Positions 43,700 to 52,938 of a DNA stretch of 64,000 bases are shown here, piece by piece. Made by a program: the position numbers and the translations under genes. Each line of letters starts with the position of its first letter. Position 1 is the first letter of the stretch. The stretch lies in assembly GCA_050246315.1 (NCBI GenBank), contig JBFWWG010000007.1, forward strand, positions 154,885-218,884, read 5' to 3'. The stretch is from Nitrospiraceae bacterium (GTDB lineage Bacteria > Nitrospirota > Nitrospiria > Nitrospirales > Nitrospiraceae). The notes below the pieces were generated by a model. That model was given only the letters and a program-made list of their open reading frames with translations. It was not told the origin of the DNA and searched no databases.

Positions 43700-46257
43700 C
43701 TCTCTCCTGATGCGAGCGGCATACGCACCGTTACGATGGTGCCCTTCCCCGGCTCTCCCCATATGGAGAGGTCGCCGCCCCATTGCGCGGCACGTTCCCT
43801 CATGCCCAACAAGCCGAGGGATTGTCGGTTGGCCATTTCGTCGTCGGTAATACCTCGGCCGTTGTCGCTCACCTTCAAGATCAACGTCTTCATCGTCACC
43901 GTCAGGACGACCCGCACACTGGTGGCATGGGCATGGCGCGCGACATTGGTCAACAGTTCTTGGAAAATGCGAAAGACGGCCGTGGCCTGGTCCGGCCCGA
44001 TCGGAATCGGCACGGGCGGCATGGTCAGGTCACAGCGGGTCCCCGTTCGCTTCTCAAAGTCCCTTGCTTGCCAATCGAGAGCCGCCGTCAGTCCCAGTTC
44101 GTCCAGTACACCCGGGCGCAAGGACGTGGCGATCTCACGAACCGATTCGATGGTCCCATCGAGCTGCCCCAGCATATCCTGGACGCGCGTCGTCAACTTC
44201 GCTTTGTCGAGGAGCGCATCGGGGCCAGCCAGCCGTCTGGCAATCCACGAAACATCCAGCTTGAGACTGGTCAGAGCCTGGCCCAACTCGTCATGGATCT
44301 CCCTGGCGATTCGAGCGCGCTCATCTTCCCGCACCGTCTCCAGACGCGTCGCCAGGGCGCGGAGCTGATCGCGGGACTGCTTGACCCGCGCTTCTGCCTG
44401 TTTTCGCTCCGTAATATCCAAGGAGTACGCGATCATACCGGTGACCACGCCCTTCTCGTCTTTCATCACAGACAGCGCCAAATGGATGAAAAACACTTCC
44501 CCCGATCGCTTCTTGGCGCGTACTTCTGTTTCATGTACGCCCTTCTGCAGAAGCGGTTCGATGACCTCATGTTGCAGCACATTCTGATCCGCCTCAAGGT
44601 AGAGAAAGGCCATGCCCCTGCCGACGGCTTCCTCTGCGGAATACCCGAACAACCGCTCCGCGCCCTTGTTCCAACTTTCCACGACCCCGTTCACGTCCAT
44701 CGACACCACAGCATCATGGATCTGATCCATCATCTGGGCTTGTCTCAGCAGTTGGCCTTCCGCTCGTTTTTTTTCGGTGACGTCGATCATCAGGCCGAAG
44801 AGTCCGTTGATGGCGCCATGATGATCGCGCAAGGGCGCGGTCGACAAACTGATGATCAGGCGCCCCCCCGCTTTGTTCTGTCGGACCACTTCCAGATCGG
44901 TAAACGCATCGTTCTGCAACACCCGTTCGCGCAGCGCCCGATGCTCATCCCGTTTCTCGGACGGGACGATGGGCAGCGGATTCCCAATGACTTCCGCCTC
45001 CGTCCATCCGAAAATTCGTTGCGCCGCAGGATTCCAGAGGCGGCAGATGCCATCGAGATCCACAATCACGATCCCGATGGGGGCGGCCTCAATGAGCGCC
45101 GTCAAGCGGTCATAGGTTTCTTGAAACCTCGCCTCCGCCTCCTTCTGTTCCGTGACATCGGTCCAGAGTCCCACGATCTCCTTGGCCGTCCCGTCAGGAT
45201 GCCGGACAAGGACGGCTCGATCCATAAACCATCGGTAGGACCCCTCGGCAACCTGCCAGCGATACGTGGTCGTGAGTGCGCCCGTGTGAACGACCCGTCC
45301 GAATTCATCCATGGTTCGCTCGCGATCCTCAGGATGAAGTCGCATGGCCCAGAACTGCTTGTTCTGAACGAATGTGGTGTTGGGGAAGCCGCTCATCTGT
45401 TCAACGTTGTCGCTCACCCAAAATGCCCCATAATCCTCAGCCGCCTTGGCTGAATAGGTCACGATCGGTAAGGCGCGCAGGATGAAGTCCTGCTTGGCCA
45501 GCGTCGATTGCAAGGCTTCTTCTGTACTGCGCCGTCCGGCCAACAGCCTCCTATGGACGAGGCCGATTCCGACTGCATATGCCAAGCTGAGAGCGCATCC
45601 CGTCCCGATCAACGCAATCGTCCAGGTCTGTAAGGCGCGAGCATGGACCGATTGGCGGGAGAGTTGTTCGTGTTCCTCACCCTTGATTTCATTGACGATC
45701 GTCCATATTTCGTCCGTTCCCTCGCTGCCCTTGCCGGTGCGAAGCAGGTTCGTGGCCGCCTCAAACCCTTGGGAGCGCCGAAGGTCGATCGTCTTGTCGG
45801 CAAACGCCATCCGTGCCTGAAGCAGATCCGCGAGCCTGTCGAGCCGGCCAAGCAGACGAGGGTCACCGTGCATGAGCGCTTTCGCACGATTCACGTTTGA
45901 CTCGACATGCTCCACGGCCGTCAGATAGGGCTTCAGGAATGTGTCATCTCCCGTGATGATGAATCCGCGCTGGCCGGTCTCGATACTCTCCGTCAAGGTC
46001 ATCAATCGCTCCACCGACTGCCCGATCGCCAGTGTCCGGATCATTCGGTCGGTGCTGGTTTCGAATGAGATCAGACTCCGGACAGTCAGCACTCCCAGGC
46101 CAAGGAACATGGCGCAAACCGCGCCAACCACGATCATGATCTGCCCTTCGGAGTGTTGAGTAGTCCTCCGCGTCGGCGCGACGCTTACTCCTGTGACCTT
46201 AATCTCTCCCATCGATCCACATCTCGACGTGGCCGTTCGATCGCCGGTCGTCTTCAT
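43696..46257 (-). CDS. Membrane sensor kinase: CHASE3, three PAS domains, HisKA_3/HATPase
   Basis: ETGQRGFIITG (CHASE3), PAS repeats, ERARIAREIHDELGQ, DNGRG; start uncertain. Confidence 0.9.
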   Translation of the reverse strand: MKTTGDRTATSRCGSMGEIKVTGVSVAPTRRTTQHSEGQIMIVVGAVCAMFLGLGVLTVRSLISFETSTDRMIRTLAIGQSVERLMTLTESIETGQRGFIITGDDTFLKPYLTAVEHVESNVNRAKALMHGDPRLLGRLDRLADLLQARMAFADKTIDLRRSQGFEAATNLLRTGKGSEGTDEIWTIVNEIKGEEHEQLSRQSVHARALQTWTIALIGTGCALSLAYAVGIGLVHRRLLAGRRSTEEALQSTLAKQDFILRALPIVTYSAKAAEDYGAFWVSDNVEQMSGFPNTTFVQNKQFWAMRLHPEDRERTMDEFGRVVHTGALTTTYRWQVAEGSYRWFMDRAVLVRHPDGTAKEIVGLWTDVTEQKEAEARFQETYDRLTALIEAAPIGIVIVDLDGICRLWNPAAQRIFGWTEAEVIGNPLPIVPSEKRDEHRALRERVLQNDAFTDLEVVRQNKAGGRLIISLSTAPLRDHHGAINGLFGLMIDVTEKKRAEGQLLRQAQMMDQIHDAVVSMDVNGVVESWNKGAERLFGYSAEEAVGRGMAFLYLEADQNVLQHEVIEPLLQKGVHETEVRAKKRSGEVFFIHLALSVMKDEKGVVTGMIAYSLDITERKQAEARVKQSRDQLRALATRLETVREDERARIAREIHDELGQALTSLKLDVSWIARRLAGPDALLDKAKLTTRVQDMLGQLDGTIESVREIATSLRPGVLDELGLTAALDWQARDFEKRTGTRCDLTMPPVPIPIGPDQATAVFRIFQELLTNVARHAHATSVRVVLTVTMKTLILKVSDNGRGITDDEMANRQSLGLLGMRERAAQWGGDLSIWGEPGKGTIVTVRMPLASGER

Positions 46258-46482
46258 GGACGGATCGACTGCCTCGCTTCTCCTGCGATTCGGAGGCGAT
46301 CCTGAGGCATCTGGAACGCGGGTTGGTGCCGCCGACGCCGCGACCCTTCGGCATCTTCGTGCAGGAGGAAGGAAGCAGGTGAGGAGACCGTGAGGAAGCG
46401 ACGTGAGGTTTCGCACGTCGCAATTCGAGCGTTGAAACAATCGAACAGAGCACGGAAGAGAATGGCCTGCAAGGCCGTCCTC

Positions 46483-47658
46483 CTAGTAGCTGGACGCGGC
46501 TGCCCGTCTCCATCGAGGCCTGACCGGTGTGGCGGTGTCGGTGAGAGGGAGACTCGTATGGATCTGCGGCGTCATGGTGGGCATAGGGCGTGCCCGCAAC
46601 GTGATCGCCGTACGATGAAGTTTCCCCTCCCGCAAATACTCGACCTCGACCTTGTCTCCTATCCGCAAGACTTTGACCGCACGGGCGAATTCTTCCGGCG
46701 ACCGCACGAGTTTGTTCTGGATAGATAGGACGATATCTCCGCCCAAGATCCAGGGTGTCCCCTCCACGACAATGTGCAGCGCACCACCCTGAAGCCCCGC
46801 CTCTGCCGCTGGGCTTCCTTCCTCCACCTGTTCGATCATCCAGCCCTTGGTCAGAGGGAGCGAGAAGAGCGTCAGCACCTGGTCGGTCGGGAAACTGCCG
46901 GTTACCCCAAGCCACGGTCGCGAGACGTGTCCATGAGTCTTGAGTTCGTCCAGGATGTCCTTGGCACGATTGATTGGGATGGCGAATCCGATATTCTGAG
47001 CGCCGGCTATGATGGCGGTCGTGATGCCGATCACCTCGCCATGGGAGTTCATCACCGGCCCTCCGCTGTTGCCGGGATTGATCGGCGCCGTGGTTTGGAT
47101 CATGCCGTCGTTCGTTCCCACTTTTTGTATCCCCGGGCTTCCCCATCCGCTGATGATGCCGCTCGTCAATGTGAACCCCAGACCGAAGGGACTGCCGACA
47201 ACGAGCACCTTCTGACCCACTTTGATGCCATCTGAATCCCCGAGGCGCACGGTGGCGAGCTGCCCCTTGACTGGGGCCAACTTCACCACCGCCACGTCGG
47301 TTTGTGGATCAATGCCGACAATCTCCGCGGCCACCTTCTGCCCGTCATAGAGCGTCGCGGTAATGGTCGTGGCTCCGGCGATCACGTGGGCGTTGGTCAA
47401 CACCGTCCCGTCTTCATCCAATATGAATCCTGCGCCGAATCCAACCGCAGAGGGCCCTGCGACGCCATTTGAACCTGCCGACGTCGTAAAGAGTGAAACA
47501 GTCGCAGGTGCGACCCGCTCGTACAGCCGAACGGTCTGATCCTCCTCAGATAAGACCGCCAGCGCTGAAGAGGGCTCGCTCAACATGATCAGGATCGCGT
47601 AGACGAGGACGCATCGTACCGCCCATCGCAGGCGGGTCGCCCCTATCATTCGTGTCAT
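46483..47658 (-). CDS. Second HtrA/DegP-like S1C protease with PDZ
   Basis: TNAHV, DVA, INPGNSGGP; GAGGAG RBS. Confidence 0.9.
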   Translation of the reverse strand: MTRMIGATRLRWAVRCVLVYAILIMLSEPSSALAVLSEEDQTVRLYERVAPATVSLFTTSAGSNGVAGPSAVGFGAGFILDEDGTVLTNAHVIAGATTITATLYDGQKVAAEIVGIDPQTDVAVVKLAPVKGQLATVRLGDSDGIKVGQKVLVVGSPFGLGFTLTSGIISGWGSPGIQKVGTNDGMIQTTAPINPGNSGGPVMNSHGEVIGITTAIIAGAQNIGFAIPINRAKDILDELKTHGHVSRPWLGVTGSFPTDQVLTLFSLPLTKGWMIEQVEEGSPAAEAGLQGGALHIVVEGTPWILGGDIVLSIQNKLVRSPEEFARAVKVLRIGDKVEVEYLREGKLHRTAITLRARPMPTMTPQIHTSLPLTDTATPVRPRWRRAAASSY

Positions 47659-47740
47659 CGGATTCTCTCCTCGCGCCGTCTCGCCAGCTCGACTCCGTCG
47701 GTCGGACGGCCGTCGCAAGACCTCGCTCGATTCGGACCGT

Positions 47741-48145
47741 TCATGCCGTACTGCCGACCGGCAGTGGTTCCTGTTGTCCGATGGTCGCTGCGGAATAGAC
47801 AATGTCCAGAAAGAGATGACGGCTCAACGGCTTGGTCAGCCAGGCATAGGCCCCCAACTCAACCGCGCGCCTGGAGAGATCCGTCCCGAGTCCTGAGACG
47901 ATAATGACGGGCCTGTGGTGGTCCTGCTCATGTGCATGGGCCATGACCTCAAGGCCATTGAGGCCCGGCATCTCAAAATCGGTGACCACCACGTCGAAGG
48001 GCTCGACCTGGAGCCGCTTCAATGCCTCTGTTCCGTCGCAGGCCTCGCTGACCACGTACCCCTCTCCGGTAAGAAAACACGCCATAAGCGTTCGGATTTC
48101 CTCGCTGTCGTCCACAACCAAAACGCGCCTAGCTCGGCTATCCAT
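47741..48145 (-). CDS. Single-domain response regulator
   Basis: VLVVDD, VTDFEMPGLNG, TKP. Confidence 0.87.
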   Translation of the reverse strand: MDSRARRVLVVDDSEEIRTLMACFLTGEGYVVSEACDGTEALKRLQVEPFDVVVTDFEMPGLNGLEVMAHAHEQDHHRPVIIVSGLGTDLSRRAVELGAYAWLTKPLSRHLFLDIVYSAATIGQQEPLPVGSTA

Positions 48146-48278
48146 AGCCGCCTCCTTCGAAAGGCGATTTAGTTTCCCCGTTCAACCGCCATGTCTGTAC
48201 TGCGATCGAATCTCCTGCCGCACAGAACTCGGTTCGTCGCGCCTTCACCGCCACGCGGGCCCCCATCGCCCGCCCCGG

Positions 48279-49193
48279 CTATGGTCCGGTTGAGGAGGGG
48301 TCCGCACGCAGCGGGATCTCCTGCGACAGTCGTCGGGTATCGACCGGACCGGGATCGACGAGGATGGGCACCTTGAGATCATCGGGCATCAGGACAAACT
48401 TGGCATTGCTGCTGTCGTACAGTTTGAATCGCAGATAATCCGGCGTCAGCGTCTTCGCAATCGTCTCCTGTGCTTTGGCCTGACCGTTCGCCCGAATCTT
48501 CAGTCCCTCTGCCTCCCCTTCCGATCGGATCCGAATGGCGTCGCCCTCTCCCCTTGCCCGGCGACGGGCGATTTCGGCATCCTTCTCGGCAATCACGAGT
48601 TCAAAGTCCTTCTGCTCCTTTTCCTGTTCCTTCGCCTGTTTCCGCTCCACCGCTTCCAGCACCAACTTGGCCAGTTCAATGTCGGCCAACGCCACGCTGG
48701 CCACCTCTAGGTGCCGCCCCTTGAGTTTTTCCACCACAACCGCTTGCACCTTGCTCGCAATCTCCGCACTCTGCTCGGGGACATGGACCATCGCATAGTT
48801 GGACACGACGCTGCGCACCGCCGCCAACAGTTCGGGCCGCACCACGCGTGGATAGAAATCCGTCCCAATTTCTTGAGCTAGGAAATAGACCTCCCCCGCA
48901 ATCGGACGCATGATGATGGCGGCTTTGAGCGTGACGAGCAGATCGTCGGAGCTCAGTGCATCCACCACTTCGCTATAGCTCTGCCACCGAACGTCATAGA
49001 CATACACATCGTTCCACGGTGCCCGCCAGTAGAGGCCGCTCTTTAGAGTTTCGGTCATCAGGCCTTCGGTAAGCGGGTACCAGCGGAGTCCCCGTTGTCC
49101 CGGTTGCACCGTCGTCGAACATCCGCACAGGATCAACAAGAGAATTCCGAAAAAACATGGCAGGCTCCAGCGGCGAGTCATGGTTTCCTCCAT
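48279..49193 (-). CDS. SPFH/prohibitin-family lipoprotein
   Basis: LCGC lipobox, VQPGQRG, AVRSVV, AVERKQ..EQ, AEGLKI. Confidence 0.88.
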   Translation of the reverse strand: MEETMTRRWSLPCFFGILLLILCGCSTTVQPGQRGLRWYPLTEGLMTETLKSGLYWRAPWNDVYVYDVRWQSYSEVVDALSSDDLLVTLKAAIIMRPIAGEVYFLAQEIGTDFYPRVVRPELLAAVRSVVSNYAMVHVPEQSAEIASKVQAVVVEKLKGRHLEVASVALADIELAKLVLEAVERKQAKEQEKEQKDFELVIAEKDAEIARRRARGEGDAIRIRSEGEAEGLKIRANGQAKAQETIAKTLTPDYLRFKLYDSSNAKFVLMPDDLKVPILVDPGPVDTRRLSQEIPLRADPSSTGP

Positions 49194-49522
49194 CCCTCGG
49201 CTAACTGTTGGTGCTCACCCGCCAAACGTTCCTGTTCTCTGGCCGCCTTACGATAGGACTCGGCCAACAGCTTGGTTCCCTGGACCCAGTCCGACGAAGG
49301 GCCGAACAGGTGTTCGTACTGTACAACCCGAAAGGTCATCTCCTCCGACACCTTCCACAACCTGGCCGCTTCCTCGTGATAGTAACGAGCGATCTTCTGA
49401 TGATCGAAAGACGGATCGCGAGACCTAAGGTCGAGTTCCTTCGCGGAAGAACCGCACCCACCGATCAGGCAGACCTGCGAGACAAGCAGGGCTCCCATCA
49501 GAATCGACGCGCATCGGCTCAT
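49178..49522 (-). CDS. Hypothetical lipoprotein
   Basis: Hydrophobic N-terminus with IGGC; overlaps the SPFH start. Confidence 0.7.
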   Translation of the reverse strand: MSRCASILMGALLVSQVCLIGGCGSSAKELDLRSRDPSFDHQKIARYYHEEAARLWKVSEEMTFRVVQYEHLFGPSSDWVQGTKLLAESYRKAAREQERLAGEHQQLAEGWRKP

Positions 49523-49540
49523 TGCGGAGTACTCAGCCCG

Positions 49541-49834
49541 TCAACACCCCAGCCTCCACGCCGCGGCGGGGCTCATCCGTATCCTGCGACCCTTAGCGTT
49601 CGGCTCCAGCCGCAGGATGTCGCAATCTCCCCTCGTCGGAATCACCGCAACGCGGCCTTCCTCACGGAGTCGGCGTAACGCGGCGAACAGGTCTCGCACC
49701 GGACGATTGGGCATCAACCCGACCAGCACGCTGAATGGCAATCGAGGACGGATCGTGAGCAACGCGAGCACCTGCCGCTCAAGGAACTGGACGAATGAAC
49801 CAGACCCTTCTCTAGAGACTCTTCCGACAGTCAT
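49541..49834 (-). CDS. Small winged-helix-like hypothetical protein
   Basis: LFAALRRLREEGRV pattern; RBS; downstream of a sigma54-like promoter. Confidence 0.5.
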   Translation of the reverse strand: MTVGRVSREGSGSFVQFLERQVLALLTIRPRLPFSVLVGLMPNRPVRDLFAALRRLREEGRVAVIPTRGDCDILRLEPNAKGRRIRMSPAAAWRLGC

Positions 49835-49923
49835 CTCCTGTCTCCCTCGTGGTTGCATCGAGAATGTGAATCGACCGCGGGCAAAATGGGCAATACGACT
49901 CACAAGCCGTCGGCCCTCAATGG

Positions 49924-49939
49924 TGCAATTGTCGCTCCA
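49924..49939 (-). promoter_or_regulatory. sigma54 -24/-12 promoter
   Basis: TGGAGCGACAATTGCA (GG-N10-GC). Confidence 0.6.
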
Positions 49940-50320
49940 TTGTGGTTCCGTGGCGTTACTCCACAAACCGAGGATGGCTTTTGAGAACTAACCCATGGTT
50001 GGCACAGCAAAAATCCCGCTGCGAAGAGGCGCAACCCGTTGTGCGGAGGCGGTGTATCTCAGCTCCACCAATTTGCTTCGCACGGTGCGCATGGTGCGGA
50101 TTTGATCGAAATGCAACCGCAGGTCGAATCACGATATCGGAACACGCTGATTGATACTCACATACGAATGTGGCCGGCCCTGTGTCTCCAGCGCACGCGG
50201 TTCCGGGTCGAGCAGTCAAGATCGGAGAGTTCGACGACCACTACCAGGTTGCTGAAACTCTTTTCGAGTACCGGCGAGCACTGAGACGACGAAGGATCAC
50301 GGACGATCTCTGCCCCCATG

Positions 50321-50580
50321 CAGGAGATTCAAGATCGCCGACATTCTCACCAGCCCAACCCGACGGATCTGTCGCATCCGCCCTCCCTCCGATTGCTCCG
50401 CAATCGATCGCCCGGGACGCACCTTTCCTCTCGGACAGACTCAGCGGGTGAGGAGGCAACGAGGTACAGATAAGGCTTCGCTTGACCCGCTGGCCTCTTT
50501 ATCGTCACATCGTCAGTACGCCGGCAGAGAAGCACCCTACGCGTGTTTCGCTTCACCTGGTTATCATAGACCGCTGGAGA
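50321..50580. repeat. Diverged copy of the dispersed MITE-like element
   Basis: CAGGAGATTCAAGATCGCCGACATTCTCACC resembles 226-256; interior resembles 37535-37650; right end approximate. Confidence 0.6.
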
Positions 50581-50932
50581 AACTCCTTGGATGGATCAAT
50601 GGGCATGATCGTACCTGTCCCAAGTCGAACAAGACCTGCAAACCGGCTTCGTCTCTCTGAATGTTTCGAGACGCGAAAACGGTATCGGCGGTCTGTCCTG
50701 ATCCGGCGTTGATTCGGTGAACAATCTGCCTGCGAGAAGAAGAACACGACGGTGACCGCAGATGAACCGACCAGAATTCGCCAGGTCGATTCAATCAAGA
50801 CAACCACGCGACGGCGCGATACAACTCGAGGACAACGAAGAAGGTCTTATCCCGGCAGTTCGAGTGATGGACCTGAGGACCGAGAGGAGAAGGCGCTGAG
50901 CCTGAGAGTCCAGGTGGCAGCCTGTGCGGAGA

Positions 50933-51073
50933 TCAGTGTGGAAGCGTACCGGTCGCCGTCATGACGGCGCCGGAATCCAGCACCCATATGTTAGTGACCC
51001 AGACAGCTATCGCAATGAGTGCCACCAGCATCCACAGGAATTCCTGATCTCCGAATTTTCTTAAAGATTTCAC
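50933..51073 (-). CDS. 46-aa single-pass membrane peptide (below the ORF-track cutoff)
   Basis: MKSLRKFGDQEFLWMLVALIAIAVWVTNIWVLDSGAVMTATGTLPH; GAGGAGGAAGG RBS; sigma54-like promoter upstream. Confidence 0.6.
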   Translation of the reverse strand: MKSLRKFGDQEFLWMLVALIAIAVWVTNIWVLDSGAVMTATGTLPH

Positions 51074-51127
51074 GATGCGATCCTTCCTCCTCTAGACCGA
51101 CCACCCTCAAGCCTGTCATTAACAACA

Positions 51128-51143
51128 AGCATCAGGCGTGCCT
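51128..51143 (-). promoter_or_regulatory. sigma54 -24/-12 promoter
   Basis: AGGCACGCCTGATGCT (GG-N10-GC). Confidence 0.6.
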
Positions 51144-51239
51144 TGCTCCAAGTGGCCGGAAAGACGAGGTTTGACGAATTCGACCCGTCAGCAATCGAGC
51201 GATTTCGCACGACTCGCACTGTGCGATTTGAACCTGTTA

Positions 51240-51611
51240 TCAGCGAGGTCCTGGCTTGCGAGTCGGCACCTTGCCGCGACCCCTATCCGAATCAGGTTGA
51301 AGGACGCCGCGTCCGGCCTCCGGTCCAAGCTTTCCCGAACCAGGGCCGATCGAAGGGCTCAATGGATTGAAGGCTGCACCGAGATCCGGACTGCGCGGTG
51401 GCACGCGGGACTCTCCGACATCGTCGTAGGGTTCGACCCGCAGCTTCGGTTCCTGTCGTGGCTCACAGCGGCTGTCCGCTGGCTGTTTGGCGTTGTCGTC
51501 GTCTCGGTCACAATCCATCCGCTCAGCCAGAACCGATTGTGGGAGAAACAGAGTCACTGCCGTCGCCAATATTCCGCCCGCGACTCCGGCCGTTCTTCTT
51601 CTGCGGTCCAC
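51240..51611 (-). CDS. Hypothetical exported, low-complexity protein
   Basis: RRRR + hydrophobic signal ending VLA; Pro/Gly-rich; follows the MFP gene. Confidence 0.55.
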   Translation of the reverse strand: MDRRRRTAGVAGGILATAVTLFLPQSVLAERMDCDRDDDNAKQPADSRCEPRQEPKLRVEPYDDVGESRVPPRSPDLGAAFNPLSPSIGPGSGKLGPEAGRGVLQPDSDRGRGKVPTRKPGPR

Positions 51612-51633
51612 CGGTTCCTCACATTCGCCGCAA

Positions 51634-52923
51634 TCACGACGCGTTGTCGTTGGTCCTCATCTTGGAAATCGGCAGATCGTCATCCTGCGCGTTGATAGGT
51701 TTCACCGGACGCCCCTGCTCCGCAACCGGATGCTCCGTGTCCCACACCAGATTCTTCAGAATGATTTCCTCGGCCATAACCTGTGCGGTCGAAAATTCAT
51801 CCTCGAACACGTTTGTCTCGTAATCTTGTCCCGACGCGGTTGCCAGAGAGGTCCAGGCCGACTTGCCGGGCTCCTTGATGTTGATGCTGGTGACGGTCGA
51901 AAGGCCGGGGCGGATCGGTTGATGACGCAGTTCATCCATGGGCAACCCGATCCGAACCGGCACCCGTTCGACAATGTGAATGAAATTGCCCGTTGAATTG
52001 TCGGGCGGGAGCAACGCGAACGCGCTACCGGTGCCGGGAACCAAGCCTTCGACCACGCCGTGAAACGTGTAACTCTTGCCGTAAAGATCCACCGATACGA
52101 GCGCGGATTGTCCCGGTTGCACGTGGCGCACCTCGGTCTCCCGCAAGTTGGCTTCGACCCAGAGGTGATCCAGCGGTACGAGGGTCATAAGCTGTGAGCC
52201 CGGCGTGACCCGGTCCCCCACCTGCGCCTTTCGTTTGGCGACGTAGCCGGACACAGGTGCGCGAATCTGTTGCCGGTTATATTCGAGATAGGCGTCGATA
52301 AACTGGCTCGCGGCGAGTTCGACGGCGGGATGCTCCACCACGCTGGTTCCGCCGACCTGGGCTGTCAGCGCGTCGTATTCCGCTTGCGTCTCGCGGACCT
52401 CCGACTCCAGCGCATGCATCTGATCCATGGCATTCTGCATAATCTGCAGCGAGACGGCCCCGCTGGGCGTCGCTTGCCGATATCGTGTCAAATCATGGCG
52501 GACCAAATCCAGACGGGCCGTCCGGGCCGCCAATTTCTCACCGGACTGCCGCCGTGTGGCGAAGAGCGCGGCGATCCGGCGGACGGTTTGACCTAATTCC
52601 CCCTTGGCTTTGCCCAGCGCCGCCCTTGCCAGGTGTTCCTGGAGACGAAGCACCACGTCGCCTTTATTCACGTACTGGGTTTCCTCCACAAGCACGTGAG
52701 TAATGATACCGGTTGCCTGGGCCTTGACGGGAACGAGGTTGCCGGTCACATAGGCGTTGTCGGTCCGCACCCAGAAACGATCGTACGACCACCAATAGAC
52801 GGTGTAGGCCAAGCCCGCCGCCAAAAAAAGTACCGCCATCAATAGGAGACGTCGGTTGCGTCTGGCACGGATGATTTGTCGGCGGAGTTTCGCGGATTCC
52901 GGCTGATTCTGCACGTCGGTCAT
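51634..52923 (-). CDS. EmrA/HlyD-family membrane fusion protein
   Basis: TDNAYVTG, IRAPVSG, WVEANLRET, GTGSAFALLPPDN.TGNF..IV.RVPVRI. Confidence 0.92.
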   Translation of the reverse strand: MTDVQNQPESAKLRRQIIRARRNRRLLLMAVLFLAAGLAYTVYWWSYDRFWVRTDNAYVTGNLVPVKAQATGIITHVLVEETQYVNKGDVVLRLQEHLARAALGKAKGELGQTVRRIAALFATRRQSGEKLAARTARLDLVRHDLTRYRQATPSGAVSLQIMQNAMDQMHALESEVRETQAEYDALTAQVGGTSVVEHPAVELAASQFIDAYLEYNRQQIRAPVSGYVAKRKAQVGDRVTPGSQLMTLVPLDHLWVEANLRETEVRHVQPGQSALVSVDLYGKSYTFHGVVEGLVPGTGSAFALLPPDNSTGNFIHIVERVPVRIGLPMDELRHQPIRPGLSTVTSINIKEPGKSAWTSLATASGQDYETNVFEDEFSTAQVMAEEIILKNLVWDTEHPVAEQGRPVKPINAQDDDLPISKMRTNDNAS

Positions 52924-52938
52924 GTGTAGCTTTCTTCC

